Assembly: GCA_016215105.1 (NCBI GenBank)
Contig: JACRLJ010000128.1
Location: 1 to 34,021, forward strand
DNA from: Candidatus Hydrogenedentota bacterium
Lineage (GTDB): Bacteria; Hydrogenedentota; Hydrogenedentia; Hydrogenedentales; SLHB01
Length of the DNA: 34,021 bases
Direction: 5' to 3'
Translations under genes and position numbers: made by a program
Notes under the pieces: generated by a model
What the model saw: the letters and a program-made list of their open reading frames with translations, nothing else
Database searches by the model: none
Told to the model about the DNA's origin: nothing
Shown: one piece after another, positions 24,467 through 33,157 of the stretch
How the letters are laid out: each line of letters begins with the position of its first letter
Numbering within the stretch: position 1 is the stretch's first letter

Positions 24467-26118
24467 ATGGCATGGACATTACCGGGAGGTCTCATTGTGG
24501 AGCGCTCTGCGCGCGCACGGCTGATCGTTGGCTCTGTCTTCCTGGTCGCATTGTTCGTTTTGTGTCCTGCGGCCCCGGCGCAACTCTGTGTGGACGCACG
24601 AAACCTTACCGGTACGCCGGACGGTACCGCAGCGAAGCCGTTTCGAACAGTTCAATCGGCGGTCGACGCGGCCGCTTCCGGGCAGTCCGTACTCGTCGCC
24701 ACGGGCGCCTTTGGGGAAGACGTGCGCGTCGAGAACAAGACCGTCACGCTGCTGGGAGGTCATACGGGCGGCACGCCCGGCCAATATGGCCTGGGGACGG
24801 CGGGGGATTTCACCAGGAGTCGGTGGTAACCCTGATTGAAGCAGGCCCCAGTGTCGTGGACGGATTCCGCATTACCGGCGGCGGTGGCAGCACGACCGAT
24901 CTGCCGTACTCGTCGAATGGTGGCGGGATATTTGTGCGGGGCGGGGCGCCAGTTATAAGGAACAACGTGATCGCGAACAACGACCCACGCCGGCCCGGAG
25001 ATGTCTCGACTTTCGGTGGCGGTATCTATTCAAACAGCGCTGACATTGCGATCGAAAACAACACCATCTCGGAGAACATCGCCATGCGCGGCGCTGGAAT
25101 CGCTGCGGTTGGCGGGACGGTGGTCATTAGCGGGAATACGGTCCGGGCGAACGTGGGATACGGCGACCACGGCGGGGGCATGTATGTCGGAGCGCCAAAC
25201 GCCACTATTACGCACAACCGCATCTACGAAAATGAGATCGGCCGTGACCTCGGATACGGATGGGGCGGCGGCATCATTATTTTCAATCAGGGAAACCACG
25301 CGGACCTTTCGTACAACGAAGTGTTCAGCAATTACGCGCCGGGTCACGGGGCGGGCATCTTTGTGGACGAAGGCGCCACGGCGGTGCTGCGAAACGAGAT
25401 TGTGCATCACAATATGGTGGACGCCGGCGAGACAGGCGGGGGGGCTGTATACGTGGACGGCGGCGAGTTCAACGGTGTCCCGATCGGTTCCGTGGTGAGC
25501 ATCATCAATTGCACAATCGCTGAAAACCCCGTAACGGATGCGTATCTGGGCGGGAACGCGCTTTTTGTGGAGGGGAACTCCACCGTTACTGTACGCAACA
25601 GCATCCTGTGGGGGAACGGACTGGAGGTCTGGTTCGACAACACGTCCACTGTCCAGATCACCTATAGCAATATTGCGGAGAGTATCGCAGGCGCCGGCAA
25701 CATATCCCAGAATCCTCTCTTCGCCAATGCGGCTGCGGGCGATTTCCACCTGAAATCTGAAGCGGGCCGCTGGGACCCCGCCGCGAACTCGGGGGCAGGG
25801 AGCTTTGTCCTGGACGCTGCCACAAGTCCGTGCATCGACTCAGGCGACCCTGTAGATAGCTTTGCGTCCGAACCGGCGCCCAACGGCGGGCGGATCAACA
25901 TGGGCGCTTACGGGAACACGCCGGAAGCCAGCCTATCCACCCACGGCGGGGGTAATCCGCCCACAGATCTGAATGACGACGCCGCGGTCAACGCGGTCGA
26001 TGTACAACTGGTCATCAACGGCGCGCTTGGGGTGGGCGGCGCCGCCGACGTGAATACCGACGGATTCACGGACGCCGTGGACGTGCAATTAGTGATCAAT
26101 GCGGCATTGGCGGCATAA
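24467..26118 (+). CDS. Secreted right-handed parallel beta-helix (pectate-lyase-fold) protein with C-terminal dockerin-type repeat pair; reading frame shifts at a G-run near 24800
   Basis: Frame of ORF 24359-24829 encodes signal peptide MAWTLPGGLIVERSARARLIVGSVFLVALFVLCPAAPAQ and the first helix rung (PFRTVQSAVDAAASGQSVLVATGAF). Frame of ORF 24439-26118 continues with NN-rich beta-helix rungs (VIRNNVIANN, IENNTISENI, GNTVRANVG...) and ends with DLNDDAAVNAVDVQLVINGAL / DVNTDGFTDAVDVQLVINAAL dockerin-like repeats. Junction is at ggcgggggattt (~24795-24806). Confidence 0.5.
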
Positions 26119-26470
26119 GAAATCACGCTGACGGCGCGCGTGGCGCCGTTCGATGACTTCGGATGAATGGGGGCCCTGATTCGTTCGTTCCCATCCCATA
26201 GATCGTCACTCCGAATGGGTATGGGCAGAACGGAACCAAGAACGTCGCCGATTCCATATCTCCGACCGGAACTCACCGCAAGAAAGCCAGTGACTCGCTG
26301 CTGCAAGCCAATGACCTGAAAAAGACTTATATGGTCGGGGCGACAAGACACCGTTAGAACTCCTTCTGGCTGGCGACTGGGATTGAGAAGCGCACCTGCA
26401 GCAATTGACCGGCACTTTGGCCGATGGGAGATGTGGCCCCGACGTCGCCAGAGAGGTCGTCCGAGCCATT

Positions 26471-26531
26471 CAACCAAATGGTTGACATCTGCGGAATTCC
26501 GATGTATGATTCAACCATATGGTTGAATCAC
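26471..26531 (+). promoter_or_regulatory. Sigma70-like promoter (TTGACA 26482-26487, N17, TATGAT 26505-26510) flanked and overlapped by two perfect palindromes TCAACCA-AA-TGGTTGA and ATTCAACCA-TA-TGGTTGAAT
   Basis: Read directly from the sequence. The two dyads share the half-site CAACCA/TGGTTG and bracket the -35 and -10 elements. This is the classic layout for ArsR/SmtB autoregulatory operators upstream of the ArsR-family gene. Confidence 0.55.
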
Positions 26532-26875
26532 TCCAGAGCTCAATGCCATGCCGGCTCGATAGAGTCTTCCACGCCCTGTCTGATCCTACGCGGCGGTCGA
26601 TCCTGCGGGACATCGCTAAACAGGAAAAGACGGTGGGGGAGATCGCGCGCCCCTACCGCTCCTCGCTGGCGGCAATCTCTAAACACATTCAGGTGCTGGA
26701 GAGTTCGGGGCTGGTGACCCGCCGAAGGCAGGGCAGTTTTCGGTACGTAAGGATCACACCAATGCCGTTGAAGGAAGCCCAGCAGTGGCTGTCCTTCTAC
26801 GAGTCATTCTGGAATGAGCGACTTGACGCTCTAGCAGACCTGTTCACAAAACCCGAGAAAAAGGATAAGCCATGA
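26519..26875 (+). CDS. ArsR/SmtB-family transcriptional regulator
   Basis: VFHALSDPTRRSILRDIAKQEKTVGEIARPYRSSLAAISKHIQVLESSGLV is the ArsR wHTH signature. An alternative start at ATG 26543 (MPCRLDRVF...) is possible. Stop overlaps the next gene start (ATGA), suggesting an operon. Confidence 0.8.
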   Translation: MVESLQSSMPCRLDRVFHALSDPTRRSILRDIAKQEKTVGEIARPYRSSLAAISKHIQVLESSGLVTRRRQGSFRYVRITPMPLKEAQQWLSFYESFWNERLDALADLFTKPEKKDKP

Positions 26876-27891
26876 ACCCTGCAGCAGTTACCCGAAACGT
26901 TGTCCGTATTTCGCGAACTATCCCGGCGACTCCGCATCAGGTCTACCGGGCTTGGCTGGACCCGGACCTAATCAGACGCTGGATGGCGCCTGGCGCTTTC
27001 GAAGCTACGCGCGTCGAGGTGGATGAGCGAATTGGTGGCCGATACCGGATCTGGCACGCGGACGCCGGCGCTTCCGTCGGCGGGTTCGAATGCGAAATAC
27101 TTGAACTGGACCCCGACCGGCGCATCGCTTGGCGGTGGGGTTTCGCCGGTCCCGACCGTGCGGAGGGACCGATCTACGACTCCCGGCTCCACATCACACT
27201 GCACGAAACTCCCGATGGCAGCACCGTGATTGACCTAGTTCACGAGCACCTCGATGACGTTGCGGCGGCGCTGCCCAACGTCATAGAGAAGGTCGCAGAC
27301 GGGTGGGAGAACGTTCTATCGAAATTGAGCGTTGCACTGTCCGCTGCCCCTCGCTCTTCCAGTGCATCACGTGAACCAAGCGAAATGCGCAAGCCTGTGT
27401 TTACCGAGACGATGCAGATCGGCATCGTGGTGCGCGACCTCGACGCGGCCGTGCGAAGCTACACCGACGACTACGGTATCGGACCGTGGGAGTTCTACCA
27501 ATTCAAGCCCGAAGACGCCAAAGTTTGGCTTGAGCATGGCCAGCCGGCCAAACCGTCTACGCGTATCGCGATGGCGATGGTTGGCAAGGTGCAGTGGGAG
27601 CTGATCGAACCGCTCGACGACAGGAGCATTTTTGCGCAGTTCCTCGCCGCGACGGGCGGGGGCGTGCACCACATCGCCGTCGCATCGACGAACTTCGACG
27701 AGATCCTGGCGGCAGAGGCAAAACGAGGGAACGATTTAGTCCTTAGTTGCGAGTTGGACGGCGCGTTCAGCGGCATCAAGGTCGCGTACCTCGGCGCCCA
27801 GCGCAATCTTGGAGTGATCCTTGAGGTATTCAGCGGTCTGCCCCCTGCTAAGGCCGAATCACCCGATGCGCCTGACCGCGGCGGCAAGTAG
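26872..27891 (+). CDS. Fusion protein: N-terminal SRPBCC/AHSA1-like domain plus C-terminal VOC (glyoxalase/bleomycin-resistance/dioxygenase) domain
   Basis: N-terminal ~150 aa (RTIPATPHQVYRAWLDPDLIRRWMAP...GGRYRIWH...) resembles AHSA1/SRPBCC proteins commonly co-encoded with ArsR. After a Ser/Pro-rich linker, MQIGIVVRDLDAAVRSYTDDYGIGPWEF...GGGVHHIAV is a VOC fold. Continuous ORF with no stop between the domains. Confidence 0.7.
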   Translation: MNPAAVTRNVVRISRTIPATPHQVYRAWLDPDLIRRWMAPGAFEATRVEVDERIGGRYRIWHADAGASVGGFECEILELDPDRRIAWRWGFAGPDRAEGPIYDSRLHITLHETPDGSTVIDLVHEHLDDVAAALPNVIEKVADGWENVLSKLSVALSAAPRSSSASREPSEMRKPVFTETMQIGIVVRDLDAAVRSYTDDYGIGPWEFYQFKPEDAKVWLEHGQPAKPSTRIAMAMVGKVQWELIEPLDDRSIFAQFLAATGGGVHHIAVASTNFDEILAAEAKRGNDLVLSCELDGAFSGIKVAYLGAQRNLGVILEVFSGLPPAKAESPDAPDRGGK

Positions 27892-27948
27892 GCTTTTGCA
27901 GAGTCAGGGCTCCCTGAGCCGCCGCGGCGGGCGAGCCTATCGTTCGGC

Positions 27949-28194
27949 TTGGAGAGGAGCGACGGCTTGAAAGCGATGCAAGCAATTCAGATCGCGCTGA
28001 AGTTCAGCGACGGCGGCATGAAGCGGCTGGAGGAGATGACGGCTGATCCGCTCGTGCGGCCGGGTCCGTGGGGCGGTAGCCGCGCAATGTGGATCGGCGG
28101 GCATTTGGCCGTCATCGAGGGCCGCCTGCACAAGATGTTTCCCGGCACGCCAAGTGGTGTTCAAAGGTTTGGTGCTTTCGGTAGGGGCTTTGTT
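27949..28194 (+). pseudogene. Possible DinB/YfiT-like family gene fragment truncated at the boundary of repeat D
   Basis: ORF 27949-28317 begins LKAMQAIQIALKFSDGGMKRLEEMTADPLVRPGPWGGSRAMWIGGHLAVIEGRLHKMF, loosely resembling the DinB_2 N-terminal helices. From ~28195 the reading frame runs into the repeat shared with copy B, so the C-terminal half of a DinB-like protein is missing. Confidence 0.25.
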
Positions 28195-28311
28195 CTACCC
28201 CTTGCGTTTGAATTTCGGTGGGCGTGTTGCGCGAGGCTAGTTCCAACAATGAGAAAGCCCTTCGACCTGGTTGCCGAAGGGCTGAATCTTAAAGATGGTC
28301 GGGGCGACTGG
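28195..28311. repeat. Repeat copy D: the native flank and terminator immediately 3' of tRNA-Pro, homologous to copy B
   Basis: See copy B alignment. Includes the hairpin gcccttcg-N10-cgaagggc (28257-28282) and the first 16 nt of the tRNA acceptor end. Confidence 0.75.
28257..28282 (-). terminator. Rho-independent terminator of tRNA-Pro (minus strand)
   Basis: Read on the minus strand: AGCCCTTCGGCAACCAGGTCGAAGGGCT followed by TTCTCATTGTT, beginning 13 nt after the tRNA CCA end. Confidence 0.55.
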
Positions 28312-28372
28312 ATTTGAACCAGCGGCCCCCTGCTCCCAAAGCAGGTGCGCTACCGGGCTGCGCCACGCCCCG
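28296..28372 (-). tRNA. tRNA-Pro (anticodon TGG)
   Basis: Reverse complement CGGGGCGTGGCGCAGCCCGGTAGCGCACCTGCTTTGGGAGCAGGGGGCCGCTGGTTCAAATCCAGTCGCCCCGACCA. Perfect 7-bp acceptor stem CGGGGCG/CGCCCCG, D-arm GCGC-AGCCCGGTA-GCGC, anticodon stem CCTGC/GCAGG with loop TTTGGGA (U33, anticodon UGG), T-arm GCTGG-TTCAAAT-CCAGT, encoded CCA. Confidence 0.9.
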
Positions 28373-28472
28373 AACCGTTATTGCCGAGTCATCATACCAA
28401 ATGGGGCGTGACCAAAGCGAACCGGCTTGGCCGCGCGGCGTGACGGGGCCAAATCGGGGCATGCCGATTACG

Positions 28473-29459
28473 TTACTCGGGTGTTACGGGCAGACCGGCG
28501 TGTGTGAAGATCGAGTGGGCCATAAAGCCTAGCGTAATCAGCCATGCGGCAAGTGAAACCCAGTACGCCAGGGTCCATACGAATTCCCAATGGTTCTTGC
28601 GAACCAGGTTGGGTTCCGGGACGACACCGAGAATGAGACCGCCCAGCATGCCCCCGACGTGCGCGGCGTTGTTCGCGCCCATAAACAGCCCGAACAGAAT
28701 TCCGTATCCGGCCCATTGCACGAGGAAGCGCGTGTACATCTTGCCGGCGCCGCCTTGGGTGTTGAAGTAGGCGATCCCGAACCCAATAAGTCCGAACAGC
28801 CATCCCGATGCGCCGGCGGAGATAGCGAAGGTGTTTCCCCATACGCCCGTGTACCACGCGTGGGACGCGGCGGCTGCGGCCAACTGGGTTCCGGTAATCA
28901 CGACGAGCATGCGCCGCGCGCCAATGAAGTGCTCTATCACCGGCCCCAACTGGATCAGGGCGGTGAAGTTAAAGAGGATGTGAATGGCGCCGATGTGAAT
29001 GAGTCCGAAGGCGAGTTCGCGCCAGTAGTCACCGTTTGCCGTGATCGTGACGGGAGACCAGGCGCCCAGCGTCATGAGAGTTCTTCCCGAGGGCATCATC
29101 AAGCCGCCGGGCCCGTCCAGCATCAGCGACACGCCGAAAAGCCCGATCATCCCCAGGAGGAAGATTGTCACCGTCGGCGTGGCGCCTTCGGGAACCATCA
29201 GGCCCAGGAAGCGGAACAACCGGTATGCCCATACCGAGTACACCGGGCTGTTGCAGGCGGGACAGACCGACGCGTCGCGGTGAACGAGCGTGCGGCATTT
29301 CGGACACGCCTTATGCGGATAGGTGAGCCACTTCAGCGCGGCGGGAAGCCGGGGACCCGTCTGTACGCGTTTCTCCCACTGATAGAGCTTCCACTGCACC
29401 CGGGTCGAGTTGATCCCGATTGCATCGAGGAACTTGCGTTGTCCTGGACTAAGCTGCAC
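28473..29459 (-). CDS. Rhomboid-family intramembrane serine protease with N-terminal zinc-ribbon
   Basis: GTG start at 29459. N-terminal CPKCRTLVHRDASVCPACNSP (C-x2-C...C-x2-C). Six TM helices with catalytic GASGWLFGLIG (GxSG) and downstream AHVGGMLGG (catalytic His). Confidence 0.85.
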   Translation of the reverse strand: MQLSPGQRKFLDAIGINSTRVQWKLYQWEKRVQTGPRLPAALKWLTYPHKACPKCRTLVHRDASVCPACNSPVYSVWAYRLFRFLGLMVPEGATPTVTIFLLGMIGLFGVSLMLDGPGGLMMPSGRTLMTLGAWSPVTITANGDYWRELAFGLIHIGAIHILFNFTALIQLGPVIEHFIGARRMLVVITGTQLAAAAASHAWYTGVWGNTFAISAGASGWLFGLIGFGIAYFNTQGGAGKMYTRFLVQWAGYGILFGLFMGANNAAHVGGMLGGLILGVVPEPNLVRKNHWEFVWTLAYWVSLAAWLITLGFMAHSIFTHAGLPVTPE

Positions 29460-29926
29460 GTGTCTCCCGCTCGATTCTCACCGGCCCAGAGCAGAATCGC
29501 ACGAACGAACTGACCCGGTCAAACTGGTGTGCGCCGCAGTCGTGCGACGGCCGCCGCCCGTGCAGGGTGACTACGGCGCTATCTAATACAGAACTGTACT
29601 GACCAAACCTGTCATGTTTCTTGGTTTTGGTGCTATACTGAAGTCGGCCAAACTATGTAACTCATTCGCGGTCAAAGGACAACAGCGTTCTTGGCCCCGG
29701 AAGGCCGTCTGGCACTGGAATTGCCTTACCAAACCCGTAGTATCGGGCGACGGCGGTCGCTGTGCCCACCTCGCCACGATTGCGTCTCGAACTTTCACCG
29801 TCGAGGTGTCTCTCTATGCTTACGATTGAAGCAGAAAAAGCGGGTCCTTACAACCGATCGGCGTGGCTGTACGGCACACGCGGCCCCTGCGAACCGACAG
29901 GGCTTTTCCCCAGCAGACCGTTTCGA

Positions 29927-30619
29927 ATGATATTGCTTGGCGCTCCCGGCAGCGGCAAAGGCACGCAAGCGGATATGTTGCGCCACCGCCTGGAGGTGTG
30001 CCCGCTTTCGACCGGTGACATGTTCCGCGCCGCCAAAGACATCCCGGAGGAGAAGCACGGTCCCGCGTTGCGAGAAGCGTTGGCCTACATGCGCCGGGGC
30101 GAGTTGGTGCCCGACGAAACGGTCGTGGCGCTGGTCTCCGAACGGCTGGCGTGTATTCGATGCCGGTACGGATTCTTGCTGGATGGATTTCCGCGAACCG
30201 TAGCCCAAGCCGAGGCGCTCGAGAAGATTCTCCACGCCGAGAGAATCCCGCTCGACGCGGTCATCCAATTGGATATGCCGCTGGAAGAGGCCGTGGCGCG
30301 GCTCGGGGGACGGCGCACCTGCAGCATCTGCAAAGCGACGTTTCACCTTGCCCACAAGCCACCGAAGGTTAGCGGAATTTGCGACCGCTGCGGCGGTGAA
30401 TTGTACCACCGGGAAGATGATCGCCCGGAATCCGCCCGAGTCCGCTTGACGGAATATGAGCGCGGCACCGCGCCGCTCGTTTCGTATTACGCGAAGAAAG
30501 GGTTGCTCTTACCCGTCGCGGCGGCCGGCCCTCCCGAGGAAGTTTTCGAAAAGACACTGAAGCTGCTCGAGGATCAGATTGTGAGAGCAGCCGCCACCGC
30601 CGAACGGTCATTGGTGTAG
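29927..30619 (+). CDS. adk: Adenylate kinase (long form with zinc-binding LID)
   Basis: MILLGAPGSGKGTQA (P-loop), LSTGDMFRAA, GELVPDE, GFLLDGFPRT, LID domain C-x2-C...C-x2-C (CSICKATFHL...CDRCGGELYHREDD). The upstream in-frame ATG at 29816 (GAGG RBS) would add a 37-aa extension, so the start is uncertain. Confidence 0.88.
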   Translation: MILLGAPGSGKGTQADMLRHRLEVCPLSTGDMFRAAKDIPEEKHGPALREALAYMRRGELVPDETVVALVSERLACIRCRYGFLLDGFPRTVAQAEALEKILHAERIPLDAVIQLDMPLEEAVARLGGRRTCSICKATFHLAHKPPKVSGICDRCGGELYHREDDRPESARVRLTEYERGTAPLVSYYAKKGLLLPVAAAGPPEEVFEKTLKLLEDQIVRAAATAERSLV

Positions 30620-30793
30620 CCCAGCAATTCGCAGAGTTTCCGTTACAGCGCGGGGTCAGTCGAGAACGCCGCGTGACATGGTTTTCCGGGAATGATAGGC
30701 TCTTCCGGAGGGTACGATGCCCTTCCGGGAGAGCTTCCTTTGTTTTGGAGTGTCTCGGGCCTTGAGTCTATACATGAGCGTAAAGGATGAACC

Positions 30794-33154
30794 ATGAGAC
30801 ATTCCCACGCCCACCGCGATTGGCTTCAATGCTCAACAGTGCTTGTGGCGCTAGCGCTTTTCATAGTCCTTGCGTCGCGCACGAGTTTCGCGGCGCCAGA
30901 CGCTCCTCTCGCCGCGTGGCGCGTCACGTCCGCGAGCGTGGAAGAGCACGGCTTGCGCTCGTTGGACGGAGGCGACGGACAGTCGGCGCGGGTACAGCAG
31001 GCCGAAGCGCCGTGTTTGACCAACAAGCCAAACTCGACGCCACCGTCGTCGTTCCTTTATTTCGCGACCGACAAACCTATCGCGCCGGCTGGGAAACCGC
31101 TGTATCTGACGGTCGAGTACTTCGACACGGCGTTGGGCGCGGTGGTTACCGTGGAGTATGACAGCAGCGGGGGCAGCGACAAGCGCGATCTCTATTGTCT
31201 GAGCGTGCGGCAATGGGGCGAGGTAATGACCGGGTCCAATACGTGGAAGACTGCCGTGTTTCTCCTGGAAAAGCCCGCGTTCACGAAACGGGAAAACCTT
31301 GGCGCGGACTTTCGCCTTGGCGGAACGGTGTTGTTTGTCCGGTCGTTGAGCCTGAGCGCCGATCAACCGGCCAATTGCGAGGAGTTGTCGAAGGCCTCGC
31401 GCGCGGGGATTCAGAAGCGCGTTCAGATCGGCTCAGGCGGTCAGCTCATCATCGGCGGGTTCGATCCGGCCAGAAAAGACGACGCTCTCCCGATGGCGAA
31501 GTCGCTGGAAAAATCCCTTCCGGGGATGGTGTCGCTCGGCGTGACGAGTCACGAAGGCTACGTCCGCTGGAACCTGTGTGAGCCAGAAGAAGGGAACTAT
31601 GACTGGAGCGTGTACGACGCATTCGTAGACGTGTACAAGAAGTACGACATCAAGTGGGTGCCGTTTCTCATTGTTGGCTCCGCGTACAGTCTTCCGGATT
31701 GGTACTACAAAAAACCGGGGTCGCAAGGGTACGTGTGCCTCGAACACGGCAAGGATTGCGACGTGGAGTCATTGTGGAACCCGGAATTGCGCAAGCACGT
31801 CTCCCGCTTCATCAAAGCGTTTTGCGAACACTACGGGCCAACCGGCGTCATCGAGTCCATCCTGCTCGGCATCACCGGAAACTATGGCGAAGCAATCTAT
31901 CCGGTAACCGGCAACGATTGGACCGCGGACATTCATGGCCCTTACCACAGCCATCCCGGCTATTGGGCCGGAGACATGTACGCGATCAAGAGCTTTCATG
32001 ACGCGATGAAGAAGAAGTACCGGTCCGCGAGCCGTCTCAACGCCGCGTGGGGTACCCACTACACAGACATTACCGACATCTTTCCCTTGGTACGTGACAG
32101 CGCGCCCAACGATCGCGCCTGGTTGGACTTCAGCTCGTGGTACATCGACTCGATGACCGATTGGGCCGAGTTCTGGTTGACCGAGACACGCAAGAACTTC
32201 CCGAAAGGGGATATATACCTTTGCACGGGCGGCCACGCGCCCGCCGAACATGGCTCCGATTTCGGAGAGCAGTGCAAGGCCGCTGCGCGCATTCATGGAG
32301 GCGTGCGCATCACCAACGAAGCGAGTGATGCGTGCAACAACTTCTCGCTGACGCGCTGGGTTGCGTCCGCCGGGTGGCAGTATGGCGCGTATTTCAGCTT
32401 CGAACCCGCCGGGGAAGTCACTCCCGCCGGCGTTCCAGTACGCATCTACAACGCATCAACGTCGGGCGCGCGCGGGCTCCACTATTACTATCCGAACATC
32501 TTCGGAAACGGGGCCGCGGCCGAAAGCTTTGCGCGATGGGGAAATCGTTTCCAGCAACAGACGCCACAAGTTGAAATCTACTGCTACTATCCCGAAACGT
32601 ACATCAAACTCAAGGGATACGACTTCCTCCGGCACATGCGCGCCTTACGAGACGACTTCGATTTTGGCTACCTTAGCGACGCGCAGATTCACGACGGCGG
32701 ATTGGCGCGCGCCAAAGCCTTGATACTCATCGCCGGAAACGTGGCTGAAGTCGAGACGTGGAAACGCATACAGACTTGGGTGCGAAAGGGCGGTCTGCTT
32801 CTCTACGCGGACGGCGTAGGCCGGTTGCGGTCCGTCGAAGGCGATGAACGCGCGCACGATGCGCTGTTTGGAGCGAATGCGCGGCTGGGCAGAGGGCGCG
32901 TTGCCGTATTTCACGGTGACAATGCCGGAACCGAGTATCGGACGTTTCTATCACGCGACTTGGCCACCGCAAGAGAGTTGGCGCCAGCGACCCGCGCAAT
33001 GGTGAGCGCAGACGGCAAAGAAGACGGCGTATTGGTCAGCGTGTGTCCCGCCGACACGCTGTCCTGGCTGAACACCACAGATCAAGAGACCACGCGATGC
33101 GGCGTGCCGCTGCCTCCGCACGGGCTAGGTTCGTCTCCAACCGCCCAGAAGTAA
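30794..33154 (+). CDS. Secreted glycoside hydrolase, GH42-like (beta-galactosidase-type TIM barrel) family
   Basis: 786 aa, AGGA RBS, signal peptide (LVALALFIVLASRTSFAAP). GYVRWNLCEPEEGNYDWSVYDAFVDVYKKYDIKWVPF matches the GH42 N-terminal barrel pattern (W..LEPEEG.YDFS.LD). Long C-terminal region consistent with GH42 trimerisation/beta-sandwich domains. Confidence 0.6.
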   Translation: MRHSHAHRDWLQCSTVLVALALFIVLASRTSFAAPDAPLAAWRVTSASVEEHGLRSLDGGDGQSARVQQAEAPCLTNKPNSTPPSSFLYFATDKPIAPAGKPLYLTVEYFDTALGAVVTVEYDSSGGSDKRDLYCLSVRQWGEVMTGSNTWKTAVFLLEKPAFTKRENLGADFRLGGTVLFVRSLSLSADQPANCEELSKASRAGIQKRVQIGSGGQLIIGGFDPARKDDALPMAKSLEKSLPGMVSLGVTSHEGYVRWNLCEPEEGNYDWSVYDAFVDVYKKYDIKWVPFLIVGSAYSLPDWYYKKPGSQGYVCLEHGKDCDVESLWNPELRKHVSRFIKAFCEHYGPTGVIESILLGITGNYGEAIYPVTGNDWTADIHGPYHSHPGYWAGDMYAIKSFHDAMKKKYRSASRLNAAWGTHYTDITDIFPLVRDSAPNDRAWLDFSSWYIDSMTDWAEFWLTETRKNFPKGDIYLCTGGHAPAEHGSDFGEQCKAAARIHGGVRITNEASDACNNFSLTRWVASAGWQYGAYFSFEPAGEVTPAGVPVRIYNASTSGARGLHYYYPNIFGNGAAAESFARWGNRFQQQTPQVEIYCYYPETYIKLKGYDFLRHMRALRDDFDFGYLSDAQIHDGGLARAKALILIAGNVAEVETWKRIQTWVRKGGLLLYADGVGRLRSVEGDERAHDALFGANARLGRGRVAVFHGDNAGTEYRTFLSRDLATARELAPATRAMVSADGKEDGVLVSVCPADTLSWLNTTDQETTRCGVPLPPHGLGSSPTAQK

Positions 33155-33157
33155 CGA

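Noticed and set aside
29816-29926. 37-codon N-terminal extension of adk from an upstream in-frame ATG with a GAGG RBS
   Set aside because: The canonical Adk start (MILLGAPGSGKGTQ with the P-loop at residues 5-12) begins at 29927. The extension has no counterpart in known Adk proteins. Kept as an alternative start only.
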